Shown: positions 1 through 9,214 of the stretch, one piece after another
How the letters are laid out: every line of letters begins with the position of its first letter
Numbering within the stretch: position 1 is the stretch's first letter
Source of the DNA: Candidatus Saccharimonadota bacterium
Lineage (GTDB): Bacteria > Pseudomonadota > Alphaproteobacteria > Rickettsiales > Anaplasmataceae
Reading direction: 5' to 3'
DNA length: 32,000 nt
Assembly (NCBI RefSeq): GCF_025021925.1
Contig: NZ_CP092368.1
Coordinates: 90,001 to 122,000 of the forward strand
Program-made: the position numbers and the translations under genes
Notes under the pieces: model-generated
The model's database searches: none
Seen by the model: the letters and a program-made list of their open reading frames with translations, nothing else
What the model was told of the DNA's origin: nothing

Positions 1-1
1 T

Positions 2-541
2 CACTCTCTCCCAAAGATATTGTGTCCAGAGATTGCATTTGTTGGTAGATCAAATGTAGGCAAATCTAGTCTCATCAATTTACTAATAAATAGTAAGAAA
101 GCTGCAAGAGTTTCCTCTAAACCTGGATGTACACAACAAATTAATTTTTATTCAATGTATAATGATCAATTTAGAATTGTTGATCTTCCAGGATATGGAT
201 ATGCTAATTTAAGTAAAACAGCAATTAATAAATCACTACAATTAATTAAGTACTATCTCAATCATGGAAGAACACTCAGAAGAATATTTGTATTAATAGA
301 TAGTAGAATAGGATTAAAAGACATAGACAAGAACTTTGTTTATTGGCTACTATATCATAATATTACATTTAATGTTGTGCTCACAAAAACAGATCAAATT
401 AGTCATATAGAACTAGATGCCATTATAGATCATACACGCAAGTGGATTAATAATTCAAGTATTACAATTTATCATATAAATATTCATTTGACACTTAACG
501 TAGATAAAGTACGAAAAGATTTTTTTAAGTTTACAAAATAA
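2..541 (+). CDS. engB: Ribosome-biogenesis GTPase EngB/YihA (5' end outside window)
   Basis: The frame is open from nt 2 to the window edge, so the TTG at 20 in the ORF track is not the real start. Motifs: P-loop GRSNVGKSS, DLPGYGY (G3), TKTD (G4-like). Size and order are typical of EngB. Confidence 0.9.
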   Translation, partial: HSLPKILCPEIAFVGRSNVGKSSLINLLINSKKAARVSSKPGCTQQINFYSMYNDQFRIVDLPGYGYANLSKTAINKSLQLIKYYLNHGRTLRRIFVLIDSRIGLKDIDKNFVYWLLYHNITFNVVLTKTDQISHIELDAIIDHTRKWINNSSITIYHINIHLTLNVDKVRKDFFKFTK

Positions 542-544
542 AAG

Positions 545-1483
545 ATGCAGAGAAGTGAATTGTTAAATAACAAAATATCCTTTACACAGAAATCAGATAT
601 ACTGCTCGAAGTATTATCTAATATTACATATTTCATAGGTGACACTTTTATCATTAAATGTGGTAATATTACAATCTCAGATGAAGCTATTTTGAATTCT
701 TTTGTTCAGAATATTGTATTATTAAAACAACTTGGAATTCATCCTATAATAGTACATGAAGGAGAAGATGAAATTAACTCTGTACTCAAAATATTGGGCA
801 TGAAGAATCAATTTATCAATGATATAAGATTGACAGATCAAGAGACAATTAAAATTATTGAAATGGCATTATGTGGATCAGTAAATAAAAAAATTGTGCA
901 ACAGATTAATACTGCTGGTGGTACAGCTATTGGTATATGTGGTAAAGATGGAAATTTAATAAAAGCAGATAAAATAAGTACTACTTTAACAGCAAGTAAT
1001 GCAGATAATATCGACAAGATATTAGATATGGGATTTATTGGTAAGCCTATTGAAATCAATCCAGATATATTATTTTTTGTTGAAGAATCAGATTTTATTC
1101 CTGTCATTGCGCCGATTGCTCATGGTAAAAATGGCGAGACATTTCATATTGATGCTGATACTATTGCTAGTGCAATTGCAATTGCAGTTTCTGCATCTAA
1201 AATGATTATTTTTAGTGATCAATATGAAGAAATAAATAAGATTGTTGATAAAATAGTCTTAACGAAACAGTTGAATGCATCAATCCATTGTGGTAGAATT
1301 ACAGGAAAGAAATTTATTACACAATTAATGGCATATGCTAAAATGGCTGAGACATGTGCTGGAATTGTACACATAGTTGATGGGAGTATTCCTAATATTA
1401 TGCTTGATGTCTTTACTCAAGATAATTCTAGTATATCAATATTGGATGACTTATCACTAAATCAACGAAGATTTAGTGATTAA
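545..1483 (+). CDS. argB: Amino-acid-kinase family protein, acetylglutamate kinase (ArgB)-like with divergent catalytic motifs
   Basis: 312 aa, collinear with NAGK: IIKCGN.., IVLLKQLGIHPIIVHEGEDEI, IRLTD, MALCGSVNKKIV, GICGKDG, IPVIAPIA..G..FHIDAD, HIVDG. The expected KxGG, HGGG and GGMxPK glycine signatures are substituted (see findings). Confidence 0.7.
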   Translation: MQRSELLNNKISFTQKSDILLEVLSNITYFIGDTFIIKCGNITISDEAILNSFVQNIVLLKQLGIHPIIVHEGEDEINSVLKILGMKNQFINDIRLTDQETIKIIEMALCGSVNKKIVQQINTAGGTAIGICGKDGNLIKADKISTTLTASNADNIDKILDMGFIGKPIEINPDILFFVEESDFIPVIAPIAHGKNGETFHIDADTIASAIAIAVSASKMIIFSDQYEEINKIVDKIVLTKQLNASIHCGRITGKKFITQLMAYAKMAETCAGIVHIVDGSIPNIMLDVFTQDNSSISILDDLSLNQRRFSD

Positions 1484-1538
1484 TATGTTATACTATCAGT
1501 AAACGATACACACGTAGAGACACTATAAAAATACTAAA

Positions 1539-1988
1539 ATGGAAATACAGATAAAAAAGTTATCACACGCTGAAGGAATAGCAACACCGTACTATGCTAC
1601 TACACAGAGTGCTGGTATGGATATTTCAGCAGCGGTAGATACTTCTATTACTATTATGCCATTTGAAAGATTACTTGTACCTACTGGCATAATAATTGCC
1701 ATCCCACAAGGTTATGAAGGACAAATCAGACCACGTTCTGGCCTTGCTTTGAGATATGGAATTACCATTCTAAATGCCCCTGGTACTATAGATTCTGACT
1801 ATCGAGGTGAAATCAAGATATGTCTTATTAATCTTAGTCAACAACCATACAAAATAAAAAGAGGAGATAGAATTGCACAGTTGATTATCACTGCTATACA
1901 TAGGATAGTATGGAATACTTGGATAGATGATTTATTAATAAATAAAACTTCTCGTAATGAAGGAGGATTTGGATCATCTGGTAGATAG
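1539..1988 (+). CDS. dut: dUTP diphosphatase (dUTPase)
   Basis: 149 aa with the five dUTPase motifs: AGMDI, RPRSGLAL, GTIDSDYRGEI, RGDRIAQLI, GGFGSSG. Confidence 0.95.
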   Translation: MEIQIKKLSHAEGIATPYYATTQSAGMDISAAVDTSITIMPFERLLVPTGIIIAIPQGYEGQIRPRSGLALRYGITILNAPGTIDSDYRGEIKICLINLSQQPYKIKRGDRIAQLIITAIHRIVWNTWIDDLLINKTSRNEGGFGSSGR

Positions 1989-2076
1989 CGCGTAATTATA
2001 TATTATGTTTTTAATTCATTGAGTGAATAAAATAAAGATGCAAATGGAATTGCAGATTGTAACATAAATGCTCTCT

Positions 2077-4749
2077 TTAAAGAATAATTTGCTTGATAAT
2101 TTGTTCTTGCTGATTAGCATGTATCACAAAAGATCCACATGCAGGAGATGCTGCAGCAGGTCTGCCAATATACTTGAGTTTTTTTGCATGTATATCAAGA
2201 TTAGATAATATATCTTCTATTAATGTATTGATAAAAATCCATCCACCCATATTTTGAGGTTCTTCTTGATACCATATTATCTCAGCATTTTTGTATCTCA
2301 CTAACTCATCACTGATTTTATCTACAGGTAATGGGTATAATTGCTCTATACGTATTATTGTAATATCATTACGCATGCTATAAGAAGACAATACATCATA
2401 ATAAGCTTTACCACTACATAATATCACAATTTGTATATCATGATCTGATACTAAACCAGCGCGACTGTCTGATATCATTGTCAGAAATTGACCTGTAAAA
2501 TCTGATAAATTAGAGACTGCTTGTTTATGTCTTAACAAAGACTTAGGTGTCAATATAATTAAAGGACTACGAAAGTCTCTGTAAATTTGTCTACGTAATA
2601 CATGAAAGTAATTTGCGGGTGTTGAGCAGTTCACGACTTGCAAATTACTTTCTGCACATAGTTGCAAAAACCTCTCGAGATGTGCTGAACTATGCTCTGG
2701 TCCTTGACCTTCATAACCATGAGGTAATAATAATACTAAACCACTTGATCGTAACCACTTTGTTTCTGCGGATGAGATAAATTGATCTATAATAATTTGT
2801 GCACCATTTGCAAAATCTCCAAATTGACCTTCCCACATAACTAGTGAATAAGGAGAATCAATACTATATCCATATTCAAAACCCATGACAGCGTATTCTG
2901 ATAATGGACTATCTATTACTTCAAAATATGACTGTGTATTATTAATATTATTCAATGGAATAAATACTTCTTCTGTGACTTGATCAATAATTTTAGCATG
3001 ACGATGAGAAAAAGTACCACGACTTGAATCTTGTCCGGATAATCTTACTGGAATTCCTTCTGTCAGTAAGGATGCAAATGTCAAACTTTCAGCTGTTGCC
3101 CAGTCTATATTCATGCCAGAATTCACACGCTTCACTCTTTCTTCAAGCATTTTTTTGACTTTAGCATGAATATTAAAGTATTTTGGAATATTATTATTCA
3201 TTTCCAAGTATAATTGTTGTAGTTTGAGAGGCAAAACACCAGAATCTGTATAATATTCTCTTAAATCATGTACTTTTACTTTTCTTAATTGTGACCAGTG
3301 ACCTTCAAAGCATTCAGCTTTGACTGCAGTATATAATTTTGAATGCAAGAAACTTTTATCTAACTGTGCTCTAAAATTACTTTGTAATTTATTGATTTCT
3401 TGAGAATTTAATATATGTTTTGATATTAAAAATTGTGCATATGATTCAGCGAGTGACTGATGTTTTGATATCAATTGATATATCATTGGTTGAGTAAAAT
3501 GCGGTTCATCTCCTTCATTATGTCCATGTCTGCGATAACATATGATATCAATGATCACATCTTTTTTAAATTTAGCTCTGTATTCCATTGCGATACCTAT
3601 CACAATACTCACAGATTCTGGTTTATCTCCATTAACATGAAATACAGGGATTTCGATAGATTTTGCAATATCAGTGCAATAAAAAGAGGAGCGTGTACAA
3701 CACGGATTAGCAGTAAAACCTATCTGATTATTAATTATAATATGAATTATACCATTCACGTTATATCCATTAAGATGACTTAAAGTAAAAGTTTCAGCAA
3801 CTACTCCTTGGCCTGTAAATGCAGCATCTCCATGGATTGCAACACCTAGCACAGATCTTGTGTTTTGTTTTGCTCTGATTCTTCCAGCGAGAACAGGGGT
3901 AATAGCTTCAAGATGAGATGGATTAGAACATAAACTCAAATGTATTTTTTGTCCATTTATAAGTATTCTATCAGAAGAATAGCCCATATGATATTTAACA
4001 TCACCAGAAATATCAAGGTATGAAGGATATGATAAAGCACCTTGGAATTCAGAAAAAATTGCGTGATATTCTTTGCCTATAACCTTGGTAATCACATTCA
4101 GCCTACCTCTATGAGGCATACAGAATACTATTTCTTCAATATCATATATACCAGCAGCATCACTAATAATCTTTTCAATTGCAACAATTGTGGATTCTCC
4201 TCCTTCAAGTGAAAATCTTTTATATCCAGGAAATTTTATATGAAGAAATTGCTCAAATAATTCTGATTCAATAATGTGTTTTAGTATTTCTTTTTGATCT
4301 TGTGCATTCAATATATTATTTTGATGTTCAATTTTTCTTTGTAACCATATTCTTTCTGCGTAAGACGTAATGTACATGAACTCAAAACCTATATTTGTAC
4401 AGTAAATATTACGATACATTGTAGTATTTACCTGACTGATCAGGAGATTGGAATATTTTTCAAAATTGATCTCTTGTTGATTATTTGTCTTTAAAGGATT
4501 CAGATCTGCAAAAAAGTGACCATATGATCTGAATAAATCTGCAACATGTGAGCTAGTATCATGAAGAGTATTATGTACTTCACTGATTTTAATATCATTT
4601 TCTCTATTTATTTCTTGCAAAATATCTAAATTTGTATGAAAGAGTTGATACCAATCATCTCCTATTGAGTGATCATTTTGCAAGTAACGAGCATACATTT
4701 CTTCTATAAACTCTATATTGTCACTATTAATACATTGTGCGTTTAACAT
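2077..4749 (-). CDS. sucA: 2-oxoglutarate dehydrogenase E1 component
   Basis: 890 aa. N-terminus has NIEFIEEMYARYLQND..DDWYQLF. Also GHNEGDEP (ThDP region), RLSGQDSSRGTFSHRH and LLPHGYEGQGPEHSSA, all hallmark SucA blocks. Confidence 0.95.
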   Translation of the reverse strand: MLNAQCINSDNIEFIEEMYARYLQNDHSIGDDWYQLFHTNLDILQEINRENDIKISEVHNTLHDTSSHVADLFRSYGHFFADLNPLKTNNQQEINFEKYSNLLISQVNTTMYRNIYCTNIGFEFMYITSYAERIWLQRKIEHQNNILNAQDQKEILKHIIESELFEQFLHIKFPGYKRFSLEGGESTIVAIEKIISDAAGIYDIEEIVFCMPHRGRLNVITKVIGKEYHAIFSEFQGALSYPSYLDISGDVKYHMGYSSDRILINGQKIHLSLCSNPSHLEAITPVLAGRIRAKQNTRSVLGVAIHGDAAFTGQGVVAETFTLSHLNGYNVNGIIHIIINNQIGFTANPCCTRSSFYCTDIAKSIEIPVFHVNGDKPESVSIVIGIAMEYRAKFKKDVIIDIICYRRHGHNEGDEPHFTQPMIYQLISKHQSLAESYAQFLISKHILNSQEINKLQSNFRAQLDKSFLHSKLYTAVKAECFEGHWSQLRKVKVHDLREYYTDSGVLPLKLQQLYLEMNNNIPKYFNIHAKVKKMLEERVKRVNSGMNIDWATAESLTFASLLTEGIPVRLSGQDSSRGTFSHRHAKIIDQVTEEVFIPLNNINNTQSYFEVIDSPLSEYAVMGFEYGYSIDSPYSLVMWEGQFGDFANGAQIIIDQFISSAETKWLRSSGLVLLLPHGYEGQGPEHSSAHLERFLQLCAESNLQVVNCSTPANYFHVLRRQIYRDFRSPLIILTPKSLLRHKQAVSNLSDFTGQFLTMISDSRAGLVSDHDIQIVILCSGKAYYDVLSSYSMRNDITIIRIEQLYPLPVDKISDELVRYKNAEIIWYQEEPQNMGGWIFINTLIEDILSNLDIHAKKLKYIGRPAAASPACGSFVIHANQQEQIIKQIIL

Positions 4750-5037
4750 AAGAAAGATTATATGTACAAAATATTCAATTATATAAAGATACTAAATTTG
4801 TGAATATACTGAAAGTGTAAAAAAATAAAGAATTTTATTTTATAATCATGATTTAAGTGCACAAATAGAAAGATAACTTCAATATGAATTCCTGAAATAT
4901 TGAGATATTATTTCAATCAGTGAATTATATTCAAAAATAATATACGATATATTGTAAATAATATATATTACTTTAATATATGATATGCTATATTGTAGAT
5001 TACAGAAGATTTTTTAGAGAATTCATTTGGAGATTAT

Positions 5038-5649
5038 ATGAGTTTTGTTATACCTGATTTACCATATAATAAAGATAGTTTAGAACCTTATATTTATTCA
5101 ACTACCTTAGATATACATTATAATCAACATCATAAGGGTTATTTAAATAAACTCAATTCTCTTATTGAGCACACCGATTATCAATATTTTACTGATATTC
5201 AAGAATTGATTACAAAGGTTTACTCTAATAGAGATCAAGTGAATATATTTAATAATGCAGCACAAGTTTGGAATCATTCTTTTTATTGGACTTCAATGAA
5301 GAAAAATGGAGGCGGTCAACCACAAGATGATAGTATAATAGCAAAAAAAATTAGAGATGATCTGGGAGGCTTTCAACAATTTTATGAATTATTTTATACG
5401 TATGGTATAAACCAATTTGGTAGTGGATGGGTATGGTTAATTCTTGAAAATGGTAAACTCAAAATAACCAAATCCTTAAATGCAGATTTACCATTTACTC
5501 ATGCTCAAATACCACTACTGAATATGGATGTTTGGGAACATGCTTACTATTTAGATTTTCAGAATCGTAGAATCGACTATATCAAAATTTTTCTCGAGAA
5601 ATTAATAAATTGGGATTTTGTAGAAGAGAACTTAAAGCGCAATCTATAA
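5038..5649 (+). CDS. sodB: Fe/Mn superoxide dismutase (Fe-type)
   Basis: 203 aa. LPY..LEP, HYNQHHKGY, AQVWNHSFYW, GSGWVWL and DVWEHAYYLDFQNRR metal-ligand motifs. Confidence 0.93.
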   Translation: MSFVIPDLPYNKDSLEPYIYSTTLDIHYNQHHKGYLNKLNSLIEHTDYQYFTDIQELITKVYSNRDQVNIFNNAAQVWNHSFYWTSMKKNGGGQPQDDSIIAKKIRDDLGGFQQFYELFYTYGINQFGSGWVWLILENGKLKITKSLNADLPFTHAQIPLLNMDVWEHAYYLDFQNRRIDYIKIFLEKLINWDFVEENLKRNL

Positions 5650-5658
5650 ATTAGAAGT

Positions 5659-6924
5659 ATGATCGAACCTACAATCACAACATTAGACAATGGAATCCGT
5701 ATTGTCACTGATTATATGCCACATGTAAATTCTGTAGCATTTAATATACATTTAGGTGTTGGCAGTAGAGATGAGAGTATATCTCAGTATGGTATATCTC
5801 ATTTTTTAGAACATATGGCTTTTAAAGGGACAAAAACAAAGACTGCTCTTGAAATTGCACAAGCATTTGATAATATAGGAGGTGTCTTCAATGCAAGCAC
5901 TGACAGAGAAAGTACCATGTATTATGCAAAGGTGCTCAAGCAAGATATCATGATTGCTATTGATATTCTCATAGACATACTCATGAATTCTACTTTTCCA
6001 CCAGATGAATTAGAGCGTGAAAAATCTGTAATAATACAAGAAATTTTCCAGACTAATGACTCAATTAACGATATTATTTTTGATAAATATTTTGAAGTAG
6101 CATATCCAAATCAAGCATTTGGTAAACCTATATTAGGTACACAAGATAGTATAAAATCATTTACTAGAACAGATCTCACCGATTATATGGATCAGCATTA
6201 CTATGGAAAGAATATCATATTTGCAGCTGCAGGTAATATTACACATGAGGAGCTTGTAATTCTTACAGAAAAACTGTTATCACAAATATCTTATCAAAGA
6301 ATAAATAAAAGAAGTCATACAAGATATATAGGTGGTGAATATATGGAACATCGTGTATTAGATCAAATATATCTGATGATGGGTTTTCCTGGTGTTTCTA
6401 GATATGATAATCAATATTATGCACTACAAGTACTTGATTGTGTATTAGGAAATGGTATGTCATCACGATTATTTCAATCTATTAGAGAAAGGCAGGGACT
6501 AGCATATTCTATATATTCATTTCATGCTAGTTATGCTGATACAGGAATCTTTTCTATCTTTGCTAGTACAGATCACTCACATGTAAATCAATTATTAGAA
6601 TCTATAATACTAGAATTAAAAATCATATCTTCAAATTTGAAAGAAGAAGAGATAAAGAGAGCAAAAGCAAGAATGATATCCCAAATTTTGATGTCACGTG
6701 AATCTGTCAGTTCTCGTGCTACATCGTTAAGTTATTATTATAGTCAATATAATACATATATTACTAAACAAGAGTTAATAAACAAAATCAGTATGATTAA
6801 CGTGCATGAAGTAAAACAATCAGCTGAAAAGTTGCTATTACAAGCAAAACATATTACTTTAGCAGCAATAGGAGATATCAAAGCATTACCAAATTATAAC
6901 AGAATTATCTCTATGATAAGCTAA
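5659..6924 (+). CDS. M16 (pitrilysin/MPP-like) zinc peptidase
   Basis: 421 aa. Inverted zinc motif HFLEHMAFKGT (HxxEH) with a downstream ELEREKSVIIQE glutamate block. Starts 9 nt after the sodB stop. Confidence 0.88.
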   Translation: MIEPTITTLDNGIRIVTDYMPHVNSVAFNIHLGVGSRDESISQYGISHFLEHMAFKGTKTKTALEIAQAFDNIGGVFNASTDRESTMYYAKVLKQDIMIAIDILIDILMNSTFPPDELEREKSVIIQEIFQTNDSINDIIFDKYFEVAYPNQAFGKPILGTQDSIKSFTRTDLTDYMDQHYYGKNIIFAAAGNITHEELVILTEKLLSQISYQRINKRSHTRYIGGEYMEHRVLDQIYLMMGFPGVSRYDNQYYALQVLDCVLGNGMSSRLFQSIRERQGLAYSIYSFHASYADTGIFSIFASTDHSHVNQLLESIILELKIISSNLKEEEIKRAKARMISQILMSRESVSSRATSLSYYYSQYNTYITKQELINKISMINVHEVKQSAEKLLLQAKHITLAAIGDIKALPNYNRIISMIS

Positions 6925-7098
6925 ATTATATTTTCTAATTTTTAATCTCACGCGATAAACTTTTAATATTTTTTTGTTTCTGATAATCAGCAGGATTGTA
7001 TATGCTAGACACTCTCAGCACTGATATTGTCAAGAATAAATACTTGTAAATCACTAGTAAGATATTATACTATCACTATAATTAGAGTATTTAAAGAG

Positions 7099-8766
7099 AT
7101 GCTACAAGAAACTAGTGATAACAATTCATCTGGCAAGTGTTTATCAACCACTATCAAGAGATTATCCTCAAATAGATTTATAGGAGAGATTAATCAAATA
7201 CAATTTGATTATCAGGATAAAGTATTCTGTGAAGACTCTTATATTAATAAAATTAAAGAAGGAGATATAGTAGAAGGTATTATTGCGCGAATTAATATAA
7301 ACGATGTTGTCATTGATATTGGGTTAAAATCTGACGGTAGAATTCCTATTAAAGAAATGCATTGCAATGATATAATAATAATTGGTGCTAAAATTAAAGT
7401 TTATATCGAAAGAATTGAAGATTATCATGGTAATGTAGTATTGAGTCGTGAGAAAGCAATTAGAGAAGAAAAATGGCAAAAATTAGAAGAAGATGCACTT
7501 TTAAAACATGAAATCAGTGGAGTGATGAAGCGTGCAATTAAATGTGGCTTTATTGTAGATCTTGGTGATAGTATCAGTGCTTTTTTACCGCTTAGTCATG
7601 TAGATTTAAAGCAAATAAAAGACATGAGGTTTTTACTAGATACTGTACAGAAGTTTATTATATTAAAAATGGATAAAAAACAAGGCAATATTGTAGTATC
7701 ACGAAAAATGGTCTTAGAAAAATTGCACTTAGGTGAAAAAATTAAGTTTTTAAATTCTCTCAAAGAAGGAGATATAGTAGAAGGTAAAATAAAAAGTATC
7801 ACACATTATGGTGTATTTGTGGGTATACATGAATCAGATATAGTAGGAGTAATAGATGGGTTACTACATATCACAGATATATCATGGAGTAGGATTAGTC
7901 ATCCATCAGCAGTTTTCACGTATGGTCAGACTATAAAAGTCAAAATTATAAAAATAGATAAAGAAAATTCAAAAGTATCGTTAGGTGTCAAGCAATTAGA
8001 AGAGAATCCATGGCAAAATGAAGAATTGCAATATCCAATTGATAGTACTCATAAAGGTTATGTAACAAGTATAGAAGATTATGGAATATTTGTTGAATTA
8101 AGACCTGGCATTGAAGGTTTAGTACATTCCTCAGAAATATCTTGGATTAAAAGTAATTTACCATTAAATCATATCATGACTCGAGGACAAGAAGTATCTG
8201 TCAAAATCCTTAGTATTGATATTACAAAAAATAGAATGAGTCTCAGTATAAAAAGATGTTTGTCAAATCCTTGGGAAGTATGTATCTCTAAATATCCTCC
8301 TGGATCTATTCTTTCTACTCAAGTAAAGAATAATACTGGATCATATATATCAGTACGATTTCTTGATGATACAATAGATCATAACGTAGAAGGTATAATA
8401 TATGCGCAAGATTTAACTTGGTCTAAAAATAGTTCAGATGAGATTAAAAAATATAATATTGGTGATACTTTATCAGTAAAAGTGATAAGAGTAAATATAC
8501 ATCGTACAAAAATTTATCTAGGAATTAAACAAATAGAATATGATCCTCTTGAAGAGCTAATAAAAAAAGTACGTATGGGAGATAGATTATATGTCACTGT
8601 TACAAGAATTGAAGAGAATGGGATAGTTGTTGAAGTAGATGATGAAATCACCCTTTTTATTACTCAAGACCGAATACCTGGCAATAGAAAATTCTCTATA
8701 TCAGAAAAAATAGAAGTAGAAGTATATGATATGGCGAAATATAACATATTATTATCTGTCAAATAA
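7099..8766 (+). CDS. rpsA: 30S ribosomal protein S1
   Basis: Six repeated S1/OB modules (GDIVEG.I..I...G.FV.., GL.H.S(E)ISW). I prefer the ATG at 7099, preceded by AAAGAG, over the TTG at 7027 in the ORF track. Start uncertain. Confidence 0.9.
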   Translation: MLQETSDNNSSGKCLSTTIKRLSSNRFIGEINQIQFDYQDKVFCEDSYINKIKEGDIVEGIIARININDVVIDIGLKSDGRIPIKEMHCNDIIIIGAKIKVYIERIEDYHGNVVLSREKAIREEKWQKLEEDALLKHEISGVMKRAIKCGFIVDLGDSISAFLPLSHVDLKQIKDMRFLLDTVQKFIILKMDKKQGNIVVSRKMVLEKLHLGEKIKFLNSLKEGDIVEGKIKSITHYGVFVGIHESDIVGVIDGLLHITDISWSRISHPSAVFTYGQTIKVKIIKIDKENSKVSLGVKQLEENPWQNEELQYPIDSTHKGYVTSIEDYGIFVELRPGIEGLVHSSEISWIKSNLPLNHIMTRGQEVSVKILSIDITKNRMSLSIKRCLSNPWEVCISKYPPGSILSTQVKNNTGSYISVRFLDDTIDHNVEGIIYAQDLTWSKNSSDEIKKYNIGDTLSVKVIRVNIHRTKIYLGIKQIEYDPLEELIKKVRMGDRLYVTVTRIEENGIVVEVDDEITLFITQDRIPGNRKFSISEKIEVEVYDMAKYNILLSVK

Positions 8767-8841
8767 TCCTTATACATCTCTAATAAGTAGATTATTAACA
8801 TCATTGTTATCCTCTTATTAGAAAATCTTGTTCTATATCAT

Positions 8842-9108
8842 TCAATGAATGTTTTCAACAACAAAATGAATAATAGCTCTGATCATGCCTCGATCTAAGT
8901 GAGTAGGCAGGCTTGCGTAATGATTTATATAAAAATACAGTATATCATCATCAAGATCAACGATCTTTTCATATCGTATGAGTTCAGAGAAGGAAAAAGA
9001 ATTGATAAACTTTAATGCAAAAGCTCCAAGAATAATATCAGTTTCCTTGCATCCTCTATGAGAGCTTCTATATAGCAATTTTTTTCTTAGTAAAGATATA
9101 TTATTCAT
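8842..9108 (-). CDS. sdhE: Succinate dehydrogenase flavinylation factor SdhE/SDHAF2 (DUF339) family
   Basis: 88 aa. KKLLYRSSHRGCKETDIILGAF matches the conserved R-G-x-x-E core of the SdhE/YgfY family. The size is typical. Confidence 0.7.
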   Translation of the reverse strand: MNNISLLRKKLLYRSSHRGCKETDIILGAFALKFINSFSFSELIRYEKIVDLDDDILYFYINHYASLPTHLDRGMIRAIIHFVVENIH

Positions 9109-9214
9109 TTTAATAATTAATACTATTAATGAATAAATATGATTAATTAAATACTTGTCAAGTATATGAGATACTAATATACTAAAGATTTTATTAAAAT
9201 CTAATGTACAAATA

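Noticed and set aside
838-1107. Other short antisense or overlapping ORFs in the track (838-1107, 3475-3783, 7596-7802, 9731-9934, 11151-11504, 11432-11653, 14452-14646, 15025-15249, 16400-16603, 17071-17328, 17428-17616, 17455-17682, 19973-20227, 26928-27134, 29853-30071)
   Set aside because: All are nested in or antisense to confidently assigned genes and lack motifs. They are the size expected by chance when stop codons are depleted on the opposite strand of real genes.
4978-4988. Shared 9-mer ATATGATAT/ATATCATAT upstream of sodB (4978-4986), in both arms of the prx dyad (25040-25048, 25062-25070) and in the exonuclease/tRNA-Gly spacer (27947-27955, 28013-28021) as a common oxidative-stress regulon motif
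   Set aside because: The same 9-mer also occurs inside coding sequence (for example 6212-6220 in the M16 peptidase gene). It is all A/T except one base, so it is not specific enough. A genome-wide enrichment test would be needed before claiming a motif.
7027-7098. N-terminal extensions suggested by the ORF track for rpsA (TTG 7027), bamA (ATG 10308, overlapping rseP) and fdxA (ATG 24697)
   Set aside because: The downstream ATGs (7099, 10338, 24679) have better purine-rich upstream context. They also give family-typical N-termini: a signal peptide for BamA and MTHFV for ferredoxin. The extensions remain possible, but I rate them less likely.
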